Assembly: GCF_030253515.1 (NCBI RefSeq)
Contig: NZ_CP124549.1
Location: forward strand, 450,001 to 482,000
Length of the DNA stretch: 32,000 nucleotides
Source of the DNA: Candidatus Nanosynbacter lyticus
GTDB lineage: Bacteria; Patescibacteriota; Saccharimonadia; Saccharimonadales; Saccharimonadaceae
Reading direction: 5' to 3'
Shown in pieces: positions 1 to 8,009 of this stretch. Each line of letters begins with the position of its first letter. Position 1 is the first letter of the stretch. The translations under genes and the position numbers were made by a program. The notes beneath the pieces were generated by a model, which worked only from the letters and a program-made list of their open reading frames with translations, made no database searches and was not told where the DNA came from.

Positions 1-1335
1 AATCTCAAACGCCGCGTCGTCATCACCGTCGTAGCGCCGATCTTTGACCACGCTGATCATTCGCTCGAGACTGACTTTTTGTTCGGTTGACTCGATGAGG
101 TTTTTGATCGTGTAGACACCCGAAGCGATCTCTTCTTCACCGACAAACGCCACGAATGGGATGTTCTTTTTGAGCGCGGTTTTCAGCTGCTTGTCTAACT
201 TGCGCCCGCTGAAATCTAACTCGGCCCGCACCCCCTCGCTCCGCAGCGTCCGCGCCAAAGCATCTGCACCACCTAGCGATGCCGCGTCCACCGCGATGAT
301 GTACACATCGGTGTGCGTCGTTAGTTTTGGTAGCAACTCGTGCACCTCAAGGAACTGCTGCATCGTCGTCGCACCGAGCCCCACGCCGACCGTAGCGACC
401 GGCTCAACACCAAATAGTCCGATCAGCCCATCATAGCGCCCGCCGCCGAATAGCGCTCGATTGTTCTCCGGCGAATTATCAAAAAACTCAAACACCGTAC
501 CGGTATAATAATCCAGCCCGCGCATCAGCGTCACGTCGAACATCGCATTACCGATGCCCTTCTGACGCAGCAGGGTCATCACCTGGCGAAGCTGCTGGAC
601 ACTCGGGCTATCTGCCAGCTCCTCTGGTAGATCATCAACACTACGCATGCTGATTAGTTGGGCTAATTTTGGCAGGCCCGCCTTGGCTTCTTCTGAGCCA
701 AAAATCTCGATGGCTTGCTCGCGGAAAGCTTCCGGCGAAATCTTATTCTTGCGATCAAGCAGCCGCGTCATCATCTGGGCGCCGATCACATCAAGGCCGA
801 GAAACCCACTCATCAACTGATTGATCAGCTGGCGATTATTCACCCGCACCGTAAACATATCTTCGCGCGCGCCAAAGTTCATGATGCTACGGTAGCCAAA
901 CTCGATAATCTCCGCATCCGCCCACGGCCCCTCCGCACCAAACAGGTCGGCGTTCAATTGCCAAAACTCGCGTTCCCGCCCGCGCTGCGGCCGTTCGTAG
1001 CGCATGAAATTAGCGATAGAATACAGCCGGGCCGGCATGGCCAGTTCCTGGCGCCGACTGGCCACCATGCGAGAAATCGACGGCGTCATCTCTGGGCGAA
1101 TTGCCACCTGACGACCACCACGATCAGTGAACAAGTAAGTCTGCTCGCCCGCTAATTCCTGCCCCGATTTGGCGGTGTAAATATCCAGCGGCTCGAGCAA
1201 GGGTGCGCCGTACTCCTCGTACCCAAAACTCTGCGCCGTGGCGTGCCACACCTTGAAAATATAGTTTTGCAGGCGCTTGTCCTCCGGGAAATAATCGCGC
1301 GCGCCCTTATAACTTTGGGTCGATAAATTGCTCAT
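1..1335 (-). CDS. hisS: Histidine--tRNA ligase; the C-terminal end runs off the window start
   Basis: Absent from the ORF track because no stop lies in the window. A reverse-strand ATG at 1335 opens a frame that reaches base 1 in phase (445 codons). I spot-translated 1081-1335 and 1-60 and found no stop; the rest was not checked. N-terminus reads MSNLSTQSYKGARDYFPEDKRLQNYIFKVWHATAQSFGYEEYGAPLLEPLDIYTAKSGQELAGEQTYLFTDRGGRQVAIRPEMTP, the class II HisRS pattern (KG.RD..PE, RPE.T). Confidence 0.9.
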   Translation of the reverse strand, partial: MSNLSTQSYKGARDYFPEDKRLQNYIFKVWHATAQSFGYEEYGAPLLEPLDIYTAKSGQELAGEQTYLFTDRGGRQVAIRPEMTPSISRMVASRRQELAMPARLYSIANFMRYERPQRGREREFWQLNADLFGAEGPWADAEIIEFGYRSIMNFGAREDMFTVRVNNRQLINQLMSGFLGLDVIGAQMMTRLLDRKNKISPEAFREQAIEIFGSEEAKAGLPKLAQLISMRSVDDLPEELADSPSVQQLRQVMTLLRQKGIGNAMFDVTLMRGLDYYTGTVFEFFDNSPENNRALFGGGRYDGLIGLFGVEPVATVGVGLGATTMQQFLEVHELLPKLTTHTDVYIIAVDAASLGGADALARTLRSEGVRAELDFSGRKLDKQLKTALKKNIPFVAFVGEEEIASGVYTIKNLIESTEQKVSLERMISVVKDRRYDGDDDAAFEI

Positions 1336-1394
1336 GGTTGCTTTTATTGTGGCATAGTGGGGCGAATTTTTCAACAACACCCGGCATGTGGGGG

Positions 1395-1922
1395 TCAACC
1401 GAGCACATGCTGCTGCAACCAGCAATACATCGCCACGGTGGCTGCCGCGCCGACATTGATGGAGCGGGTCGAGCCAAACTGTTCAATTGCCACAATTTTG
1501 TCTGCCGCCTGCGCCATCTCCTCGGAGATTCCCGGTCCTTCCTGACCAAACACCAGTACCGCACACTTTGGCAAGGCCGTCTCCGACATATTGATACTGC
1601 CAGGGATATTATCAATCGCAATAATTTCTCTGTTTTCAGACCGCATTAGCTCGACAAACTCCGCCGTCGAACTGACATACTGCACATGCAAATATTTATC
1701 CGTCATCATGGCGCCGCGCTTGTTCCATTGCCGCCGACCGATGACGTAAATCTGCCGCACCCCAAACGCATTAGCACTCCTGACGATCGTCCCCATGTTA
1801 AAATCCCGCTCGGTGTTCTCCAGAGCAATCACCAAGCCGTGGTCCTTGGCGTCCAGCTCTCTTATGATCTCCGCCTCGCTGCGACCTTTGAATTTGTCAG
1901 CTACATTTCGTGTGTCTTGCAT
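1395..1922 (-). CDS. SpoU/TrmH-family RNA 2'-O-methyltransferase
   Basis: ORF 1395..1970 opens with a TTG at 1970. The first ATG (MQDTRNV) is at 1922. SpoU motifs are present: NMGTIVRSANAFG, LVFGQEGPGIS, SINVGAAATVAMY. Confidence 0.8.
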   Translation of the reverse strand: MQDTRNVADKFKGRSEAEIIRELDAKDHGLVIALENTERDFNMGTIVRSANAFGVRQIYVIGRRQWNKRGAMMTDKYLHVQYVSSTAEFVELMRSENREIIAIDNIPGSINMSETALPKCAVLVFGQEGPGISEEMAQAADKIVAIEQFGSTRSINVGAAATVAMYCWLQQHVLG

Positions 1923-1976
1923 CTCTGTTATTGTAGCAAATAGGGATGAAAAAACAGAAAAACTTGACAAAAATCA

Positions 1977-2005
1977 TTGACATTTTTTCATATAAGTGAT
2001 ATATA
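1977..2005 (+). promoter_or_regulatory. Sigma70-like promoter: TTGACA, 17 nt, TATATA with an upstream TG
   Basis: TTGACA at 1977-1982. A 17-nt spacer follows. TGaTATATA at 1997-2005. It faces the small ORF at 2106-2495. Confidence 0.45.
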
Positions 2006-2105
2006 TATCAGCTTTTGTTGACGAGTTGAGTGAATCCTTGTCCGAAAGTGTTCATTGACAGGCAATCAAATACGAGGTGAGATTTTATTGCTTTTTATAG
2101 AAAAT

Positions 2106-2495
2106 ATGCAAAGAGGAGTAAAACCTCGCCTTGTACTAAAAACAGTACTTTATCACCCAGAGGGCGAGGAGAAAGACAAGGGCATGAATATCATCCGTAG
2201 CATTATCCTCCTCTCCAAAGCCCGTAGGCTTAGGCGTCGGCGTGATGAGTGCCAAGCTCGTCTCGACGAAATCGATAAGTCCCTGGACTATCATTTGGAG
2301 ATTAGGGCAGAGGCAAAGGCCAGCTTTGACTCGCTAAACTCCCTGCTGGGTCTTAAATTTATTAATAGCCCTCAATGTAGGGATATATGCCAGATATATT
2401 CCGACGCTGACTGGGCCATTCAGGCCCTCAGCCTGGCACGAGAACGAACCGTCCAGGAAATCAATCGTATCAAGTACCTTCAAGGTAAGTATTGA
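2106..2495 (+). CDS. Hypothetical small basic coiled-coil protein; start uncertain
   Basis: ORF 2055..2495 opens with TTG. In-frame ATGs lie at 2106 and 2184, and GAGGAG lies 12 nt before 2184. The sequence is Arg-rich and helical (KARRLRRRRDECQARLDEIDKSL). I recognise no family. It sits in a low-GC block and is followed by a hairpin terminator. Confidence 0.35.
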   Translation: MQRGVKPRLVLKTVLYHPEGEEKDKGMNIIRSIILLSKARRLRRRRDECQARLDEIDKSLDYHLEIRAEAKASFDSLNSLLGLKFINSPQCRDICQIYSDADWAIQALSLARERTVQEINRIKYLQGKY

Positions 2496-2582
2496 CACAG
2501 CTAACTACGGGGTTGATAAGTATCTGTTTTACTTACGGTTGCCTGTCAACCCTTTCTTTGAAATATGAATTTTACGTTAATA

Positions 2583-2608
2583 AAAATCACCCAGCCCAGG
2601 GTGATTTT
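2583..2608. terminator. Bidirectional intrinsic terminator hairpin
   Basis: aaaatcaccc (2583-2592) pairs with gggtgatttt (2599-2608) around a 6-nt loop. A/T runs in the stem give a U-tract on both strands. It lies between the 3' end of the small ORF (+) and the 3' end of tRNA-Leu (-). Confidence 0.6.
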
Positions 2609-2631
2609 CTTGTAGCGTAGTCGTCAATTCC

Positions 2632-2718
2632 TGGTGCGGATGAAAGGACTTGAACCTTCACGTACTTGCGTACACTAGCACCTGAAGCTAGCGCGTCTAC
2701 CAATTCCGCCACATCCGC
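2632..2718 (-). tRNA. tRNA-Leu (anticodon CAG), CCA encoded
   Basis: Reverse complement reads gcggatgtggcggaattggtagacgcgctagcTTCAGGTgctagtgtacgcaagtacgtgaaggttcaagtcctttcatccgcacca. It folds as a cloverleaf with a long variable arm. The anticodon loop is ttCAGgt. Confidence 0.9.
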
Positions 2719-2731
2719 GTGACTACCGAGT

Positions 2732-2737
2732 ATTATA
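2732..2737 (-). promoter_or_regulatory. Candidate -10 box (TATAAT) for tRNA-Leu(CAG)
   Basis: The reverse complement of attata (2732-2737) is TATAAT. It lies 13 nt upstream of tRNA position 1 (2718). Confidence 0.35.
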
Positions 2738-2778
2738 CACGACCAGCTGCCCATCCGCAAGGAGTTTGCCCAGCCGTT

Positions 2779-4383
2779 TCAGCCCGCCAGCCGACACCAA
2801 GCATTTAATTCTTCTGCCAGTTGCTTCATCGGCACGGCAGTCTTGATGCCTGGCGCGAGGATGCCTTTTGGATCAAAGATGTGCTTAATTTTTATATACA
2901 GATCACGCTCCTCGGGCGTCAGTGTTGGTTGGACAAATGCCGCCTTGAGCCGACCCTCGCCGCCAAACCCCGCGAACGACCCTTCGTGGCTAGTCACGAT
3001 TCGCACCATGTCCGAGCAGAGTTTGAGGATACGTTGGCGATCACTGACCTTTTTGCTCGAGAACACCGGATAGCTATTGATCATGCCAGTCGTCGCGTCG
3101 ATAAATAGCGGCATGGCCACGCCGTATTCTTTCTCGAGCGCACGCATCGACTTGATAAAGCCGTCCAGCTGCACACCCGGCAGCCACATCCCAGAGAATA
3201 CCTGCGGCACGACACCGTGCTCATCGGCGGGATGCTCTGCCAAGGTCAGCACTGAATGTAGCGTAAACGCCTCTTTCATTTCCATGTCGCGTAGCTCGAC
3301 CTGCACGGCTGTACCACCGCGAAGTGCGCGCAGTAACTTTTTGGCAGCCTTGTTGCGCGCGCGGTCCGAAAACGCATGAAAGAGCGCCACCACCACGCCA
3401 CCGCGATAGCATTCTTTCGGCGCCCACGCTAGTTTTTTGCCCTGGGCTGCCGCCCGCGAAAAGAGCCGCCCGTCGATCAGCTCGACCGTCGAGGCGCCCG
3501 CTTGCAGGGCCGTGTCGACCGCCGCCTGCGCTGCATTCATTGAACTATACGCGGCGCTCACCACGGTCAATTCTGGATGGATGAAGTCAGCTTTCATGAT
3601 TAGCTCGCCGATGATACCGAGGCTGCCTTGAGCGCCGACAAACAGCGGCGTAAGGTCAAACGAGCCGTCGCGCTGCCGCACCCGGGCGATACTCGAAAAG
3701 CCAGTCATCTCTGGCGCACTGGCATCAATCCGAGCGATCAGCGCTTCATTATCGGTTATCAAATTATCCAGCTGCCGGTACAATTCGCCCTCAAACGTCG
3801 CCAAGCCTTTCTTCTTGCTCAGTTCACGCTTGGATAGCCGACCAGTTTGCACGATATCGCCGCTTGATAGGACAACTTCCATCTGGTGAATTGACTGACT
3901 CAATAGACCGTACGCCGAGGACAGTATGCCAGCCGCCTCAGTACTAATCGCACCGCCAATCGTGCCGTCCTCCCCAGTCAACGAAATTTCCGGCAGACCC
4001 AAACCCTTGTGCGTTGACAGCACCGCTTGCGCTGCTCTATGAGAAATACCCGACTGGAGGTGGATCAACTGCTGCTTAGCATCAATTCCGACGACATTAT
4101 GCATGTGTGCCGCCATGTCGATGGCGATGCCACGCCCGATCGCCGCACCCGTACTATCCGTGCCGCATCCGCGCGCATACACCGGCAAGACGTGACCCTT
4201 CTCCGCCAGCTGCGAACAAAACCGCAAGATCTTGCGCACATCACTCGTGTCCGCCACTCGTGCGATCAACTCCGGCTGCCGCGCCAGCACGCTCCCGTCC
4301 CGCTGCGCATCCGCCAAAGCACCGTCATGTGTCACCACTTCACCCGTCAGATGTTCATTCAAATACGTCGCAACCTTATTCAT
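2779..4383 (-). CDS. FAD-binding (PCMH-type) oxidoreductase, GlcD / D-lactate dehydrogenase-like
   Basis: 534-aa ORF. N-terminal FAD-binding pattern PELIARVADTSDV...VYARGCGTDSTGAAIG. Length and layout match FAD-linked oxidases. An SD-like aaggggga lies just upstream of the ATG at 4383. Confidence 0.8.
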   Translation of the reverse strand: MNKVATYLNEHLTGEVVTHDGALADAQRDGSVLARQPELIARVADTSDVRKILRFCSQLAEKGHVLPVYARGCGTDSTGAAIGRGIAIDMAAHMHNVVGIDAKQQLIHLQSGISHRAAQAVLSTHKGLGLPEISLTGEDGTIGGAISTEAAGILSSAYGLLSQSIHQMEVVLSSGDIVQTGRLSKRELSKKKGLATFEGELYRQLDNLITDNEALIARIDASAPEMTGFSSIARVRQRDGSFDLTPLFVGAQGSLGIIGELIMKADFIHPELTVVSAAYSSMNAAQAAVDTALQAGASTVELIDGRLFSRAAAQGKKLAWAPKECYRGGVVVALFHAFSDRARNKAAKKLLRALRGGTAVQVELRDMEMKEAFTLHSVLTLAEHPADEHGVVPQVFSGMWLPGVQLDGFIKSMRALEKEYGVAMPLFIDATTGMINSYPVFSSKKVSDRQRILKLCSDMVRIVTSHEGSFAGFGGEGRLKAAFVQPTLTPEERDLYIKIKHIFDPKGILAPGIKTAVPMKQLAEELNAWCRLAG

Positions 4384-4522
4384 AGTCCCCCTTTTTCTGT
4401 TAATTTCATGATAGCATGGTCGAGGTGGGGCGTAAAGTGTATTGCTTGAGGGCGACGGATTGTGTATAATTGAGGGGTAGATGCGCCTGAAAGTACCGTG
4501 CGCGTCTTTGACAGTTAGCTAT

Positions 4523-4607
4523 GCGGATGTGGTGGAATTGGTAGACACGCATGCCTTAGGAGCATGTGCCTCACGGCGTGAAGGTTCAAGTCCTTTCATC
4601 CGCACCA
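4523..4607 (+). tRNA. tRNA-Leu (anticodon UAG), CCA encoded
   Basis: Sequence gcggatgtggtggaattggtagacacgcatgcCTTAGGAgcatgtgcctcacggcgtgaaggttcaagtcctttcatccgcacca. It has a long variable arm. The anticodon loop is ctTAGga. Confidence 0.9.
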
Positions 4608-4621
4608 AGGTTTTATTTTAT

Positions 4622-4698
4622 GGGAGATTAGCTCAGTTGGCTAGAGCGCACGATTCACATTCGTGAGGTCACAGGTTCGAGCCCTGTATTTCCCACCA
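4622..4698 (+). tRNA. tRNA-Val (anticodon CAC), CCA encoded
   Basis: Sequence gggagattagctcagttggctagagcgcacgaTTCACATtcgtgaggtcacaggttcgagccctgtatttcccacca. Canonical 77-nt cloverleaf, starting 14 nt after tRNA-Leu(UAG). Confidence 0.9.
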
Positions 4699-4710
4699 TT
4701 TAATATCGAT

Positions 4711-5253
4711 ATGAATATGGAATCTTTTTACGTTACATCGACCCGTCTTAACATAGAAATGGAAACCGAACCTCATCCGTCTGGTTTAGTTATATTTTCA
4801 CGAAAGCTATCGCCCGACGGAGAGCCAATAGGACACATAATAGTGTCTCCTAAAAACCATCACACGGATGTATATTGTGACTATCTCAAGAAAAACATTG
4901 GTCTAATATCAGAGCGTGAGGGCTGGGGAGTGAGCATTATGCAAGACTCTAGCCGAGACAATGTAGCTCCAAACTATTTCACGCGAGTAGAGCCCGCCTA
5001 TGGAATATGTATACCCCCATCCGACAATATACCTGATTGCCCCACCCTGCTAATAGCTGAAACAAGAAACAAAAGAGTACCAGAATTAGCTCATCAAAGA
5101 CTGAGCATAGACCCGATACACATTAAGATGGCAATTCAAGCCCTAGGTATAGTGATGGAAAATCCAGATATTTTACATAGGACCGACGACAAGACCAGAT
5201 TAATGCATTTTTCCGAAGATCAGCTTAATGAACAGTCTGTGACCATCTATTAA
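4711..5253 (+). CDS. Hypothetical protein (orphan, low GC)
   Basis: ORF 4663..5253 overlaps the tRNA. The first ATG is at 4711, 12 nt after the tRNA-Val CCA, and there is no SD. A TTTAAT hexamer ends 6 nt before this ATG. I recognise no domain. Confidence 0.5.
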   Translation: MNMESFYVTSTRLNIEMETEPHPSGLVIFSRKLSPDGEPIGHIIVSPKNHHTDVYCDYLKKNIGLISEREGWGVSIMQDSSRDNVAPNYFTRVEPAYGICIPPSDNIPDCPTLLIAETRNKRVPELAHQRLSIDPIHIKMAIQALGIVMENPDILHRTDDKTRLMHFSEDQLNEQSVTIY

Positions 5254-5338
5254 AGGTCCTATGGTCAAAACTAGCTATTAAATACAATCCCCCTGCTCTT
5301 TTTATTTTCTCCCACTCATGGTAAAATTTTATATTTAA

Positions 5339-5368
5339 GAGGAAGGTCTGCGTTAGCATCAGACCATA
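5339..5368 (+). repeat. Copy A of a 30-nt direct repeat (SD-like GAGGAAGG plus hairpin)
   Basis: gaggaaGGTCTGcgttagcatCAGACCata matches 8368-8397 at 27 of 30 positions. All three differences fall in the 9-nt hairpin loop. Confidence 0.8.
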
Positions 5369-5401
5369 GTCGCGTACATTTCGCGCATTGAATTTTATTA
5401 A

Positions 5402-5887
5402 CTATACTCGTGATCGGCCCAGTGCGAGCTTCGCCATAGATACCCGAGTCCATTCAGCACGTGCGCTCTCCGTGGGTCGGCTTATCTGATAGAGCAGTTC
5501 GCCCTTCGAATTTCTGTCTACTTCGACAAACCCCAATTGCCTCAGAACGCTGAGGTCACGTCGAATCTCGGGGATATCCCCTTTTGCTAATGAGGCAATC
5601 TCAAGAAGAGTCATCGGTATGCCGTGGACAAGCACCCCCAGTACGGTCTGCTTTGCGCTGATGGATCCCGGGGAATATACCAAGTCTTGAACCTGACGCC
5701 TTAGCAGATCCAAGAGATGCCGTTTCCCTACTTCTATTGAAGCTGGTTCTGGGTCGAGCACATTACCCTCATCCATGGATCGCGACCGATCTGACTTCTG
5801 AAGAACCACAAGCCTTTCGTAGGGCTTATTTGGCTGAGGGTTAAGACACACCGTCACGTGATTATTCTCCATTTGTGATATTTTCAT
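5402..5887 (-). CDS. Putative winged-helix DNA-binding protein (orphan N-terminal half)
   Basis: 161-aa ORF. A strong SD (aaggagg) lies 4 nt before the ATG at 5887. The C-terminal segment MTLLEIASLAKGDIPEIRRDLSVLRQLGFVEVDRNSKGELLYQI looks like a helix-turn-helix plus wing (MarR/ArsR-like). Confidence 0.55.
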   Translation of the reverse strand: MKISQMENNHVTVCLNPQPNKPYERLVVLQKSDRSRSMDEGNVLDPEPASIEVGKRHLLDLLRRQVQDLVYSPGSISAKQTVLGVLVHGIPMTLLEIASLAKGDIPEIRRDLSVLRQLGFVEVDRNSKGELLYQISRPTESARAEWTRVSMAKLALGRSRV

Positions 5888-5970
5888 ACGACCTCCTTAC
5901 GATATAACCGTCTTATCAATCAGGGTATTCGAAATTACATACTCCCGGGGAGCATCCCCCGCATAGTCAT

Positions 5971-5980
5971 ATGATATCAT
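5971..5980. promoter_or_regulatory. Perfect 10-bp palindrome, candidate operator in a divergent promoter region
   Basis: atgatatcat is its own reverse complement. It lies between the divergent genes 5402-5887 (-) and 6051-6491 (+). A ggggagcatcccc hairpin motif lies just upstream, at about 5947-5959. Confidence 0.25.
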
Positions 5981-6050
5981 CTCTGCGGAGTAGGTCAAAT
6001 CCAGCTCATCCTACTAATTTTTGAATACCTATGCTATATTAAAAAGCAGT

Positions 6051-6491
6051 ATGGAGAAACAACGGCGTCCATTGCCACAATCACCGGAGCAAGAGTGGCT
6101 GGAAGATCAGCAGTCGCAGGGTGAGGCGGGTACGGATGGAACTCCAAGGGAGTGGCGTGAAGTGGTAGTGCAGGATTTAGAAACGGCAAAGCGCGACTCA
6201 CCTGGTCGAAAGCCCCCTATTAAAGCAGTATACTCAGCGGGTGACATGAAAGTAACGGTCTTTGATGCAACGCCAGATCATGATGTCTGCATGAAAATCT
6301 CCTATAAGGGAAAGGCCAGAAATATCAGACTTCAACGATCAGACCCAGAGGGTGCTCTGCTGGCCCGGTTTGGTCCAGAGCTTGGTGCAGACATGATTCG
6401 CGTTATTCGACATGAACCCGAGGTAGATCGACACGATGTGAGTCGAAGGTTTTTTGAGACTGTCAATGCTATCCTATCAGAAACCGAATGA
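6051..6491 (+). CDS. Hypothetical protein (orphan, acidic N-terminus)
   Basis: ORF 6021..6491 opens with TTG. The first ATG is at 6051. TGcTATATT (6032-6040) ends 10 nt upstream of it. I recognise no domain. Confidence 0.5.
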   Translation: MEKQRRPLPQSPEQEWLEDQQSQGEAGTDGTPREWREVVVQDLETAKRDSPGRKPPIKAVYSAGDMKVTVFDATPDHDVCMKISYKGKARNIRLQRSDPEGALLARFGPELGADMIRVIRHEPEVDRHDVSRRFFETVNAILSETE

Positions 6492-6615
6492 TTAAATAGA
6501 CCATCATGGTGGTTAATAGGGGCTGCTTAAGAGGTTACTGCCACTTGAGTATACCTGTCTGTCACATGACAACAGCCCTAGAGACTCCTCCACCTCCACC
6601 ACAAACGTAATCCAG

Positions 6616-6624
6616 TGTTATACT
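6616..6624 (+). promoter_or_regulatory. Extended -10 box TGtTATACT, 6 nt before the ATG (leaderless layout)
   Basis: tgttatact at 6616-6624, then attacc, then ATG at 6631. No SD is possible in that space. Confidence 0.5.
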
Positions 6625-6630
6625 ATTACC

Positions 6631-7209
6631 ATGAACACCAACACCGAATACGACCCGCTTCCACCCGGCCTGTTTGTCTGGATGGATTTGGAGTATACGA
6701 CGACCGATGTTGATACGGCGCGGATACTCGAAGTCGCGGCGATTATCACCAATCGCCAGCTGGAGCAAATTGGCGAGCCGTTTTCTTTGACCTGTAAGCC
6801 CGATGACTTCTCCAAACACTCTATGCCCGAATCAGTTGTTGATATGCACACACGAAACGGCCTACTGAACGATGTCTCCGCGTCAACATATAACGAGGCC
6901 GCGCTCGAAAAGCAAGCGCTCAATTGGCTACAGCAAACCGCAAATGACGCTGTTTTAATTCACTGCGGCTATTATCTGCAATGTGACCGCGAGATCCTCG
7001 CGAGGCGCATGCCTGCGCTGTACGAGCGCTTGGGATTTCGGCAACTTGACGTGCGCTGCCTCGAGGAAATGGCCGATGCTTGGACGAGCCAGGGGCGATA
7101 TCGACGAACCAGCCGCCACAATCATCGTGCGCTCGGCGATGTGAGGGAGGCAATCCTGCTAGCTGGGAAGTACAAAGAGCGGTTTGTGCCCAAGATATCA
7201 CTAAACTAA
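6631..7209 (+). CDS. orn: Oligoribonuclease-like DEDDh 3'-5' exonuclease
   Basis: It aligns by eye along its full length with Orn as I remember it. FVWMDLEYTTTD matches the WIDLEMTGLD Exo I motif. CGYYLQCDREIL matches the CGNSIGQDRRFL Exo II motif. HRALGDVREAI matches the HQAMDDIRESV Exo III motif. All five D-E-D-H-D catalytic positions are present. Confidence 0.75.
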   Translation: MNTNTEYDPLPPGLFVWMDLEYTTTDVDTARILEVAAIITNRQLEQIGEPFSLTCKPDDFSKHSMPESVVDMHTRNGLLNDVSASTYNEAALEKQALNWLQQTANDAVLIHCGYYLQCDREILARRMPALYERLGFRQLDVRCLEEMADAWTSQGRYRRTSRHNHRALGDVREAILLAGKYKERFVPKISLN

Positions 7210-7241
7210 ATAACTTCCATATTTCGAGGAGATATGAGAGT

Positions 7242-7793
7242 TTATATGTTTTCAGCTCCAGCAGCATAATCAATAAAAACAAACAGCCCAAGATCTTTGC
7301 CTATCAGTTTCTCGTACGATACTTCTCCACGTCTATCCATTGATCTTCTATTGCCATCCTGGTATGTCATGTCGATTATATCTGGTTCAAAATAATCACC
7401 CGTAAATTGAGGAATATTCACTTCAAATCCATTATTTCTGGCTCTGGTAAAAGCCTGATCATCATTAGCTAATGGTAGCTCAAACATTATTTTACTTTCA
7501 TGACCACCCAAGATTCCAACGAGAAGAGGAACTGTACGGTTAGATGGATAAACTATATATACGTGAATTACAACATTACCGCTACCACTCGTAAAGTCCG
7601 CTATACAAAATCGTCCCTCAATACGATCAACCTCACCTATATTGCTGTAACCAGAAATATCATCTCTTAGAAATATTACATCCTTTGAGAGCCAATAGAT
7701 AGATGTTGATATGAGGTAGTTGGATTTATTATTTATAGCTTTTATGTCAAGTTTATTGTGACAATTTTTGATTATCGAGATGCTTAATTTCAT
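7242..7793 (-). CDS. Hypothetical protein (orphan, very AT-rich)
   Basis: 183-aa ORF. An SD-like aagggga lies 3 nt before the ATG at 7793. Hand-counted G+C is about one third. I recognise no domain, signal peptide or TM segment. Confidence 0.5.
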   Translation of the reverse strand: MKLSISIIKNCHNKLDIKAINNKSNYLISTSIYWLSKDVIFLRDDISGYSNIGEVDRIEGRFCIADFTSGSGNVVIHVYIVYPSNRTVPLLVGILGGHESKIMFELPLANDDQAFTRARNNGFEVNIPQFTGDYFEPDIIDMTYQDGNRRSMDRRGEVSYEKLIGKDLGLFVFIDYAAGAENI

Positions 7794-8009
7794 ATTTCCC
7801 CTTAATATATATTAACACCATAACGATGTTTTAGGTTAATGGACCCTTGCCCCACCCCAACAGAAAAGGAGTACTTTATGCGGTGCGGTAGATAATTTGT
7901 ATTGTGTTATACTAAAAGATACAAAACACTCTGCCCTCACAAAGAAAGGATTGTTTTATATACTCGAGTGTTGCATAATGGTTGTGTAATTAATCGAGGA
8001 GGAGGTGAT

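Noticed and set aside
161-1155. Plus-strand ORFs 161-436 and 715-1155.
   Set aside because: They lie antisense to the hisS frame that I translated piecewise through this region. Their products are Ala/Arg/Pro/Ser-rich, as expected for shadow frames in GC-rich coding DNA.
2632-4607. The two tRNA-Leu genes share an identical 31-nt 3' segment and a near-identical 24-nt 5' segment. They form inverted repeats around the FAD-oxidase gene, which could mark an invertible segment.
   Set aside because: The shared parts are the acceptor, D and T arms expected to be conserved between Leu isoacceptors. Recombination between them would only swap the two tRNAs. Nothing suggests a programmed inversion.
4481-4666. 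ORF 4481-4666 and the 5' part of ORF 4663-5253.
   Set aside because: They run straight through tRNA-Leu(UAG) and tRNA-Val. The tRNA cloverleaves explain the sequence. ORF 18447-18680 across tRNA-Gly(CCC) is rejected for the same reason.
5310-5315. tcccac resembles the 3' end of tRNA-Val (tttcccacca). It could be an attR for an island integrated at the tRNA.
   Set aside because: Only a 6-mer matches and the flanking bases diverge. That is far too short to separate from chance.
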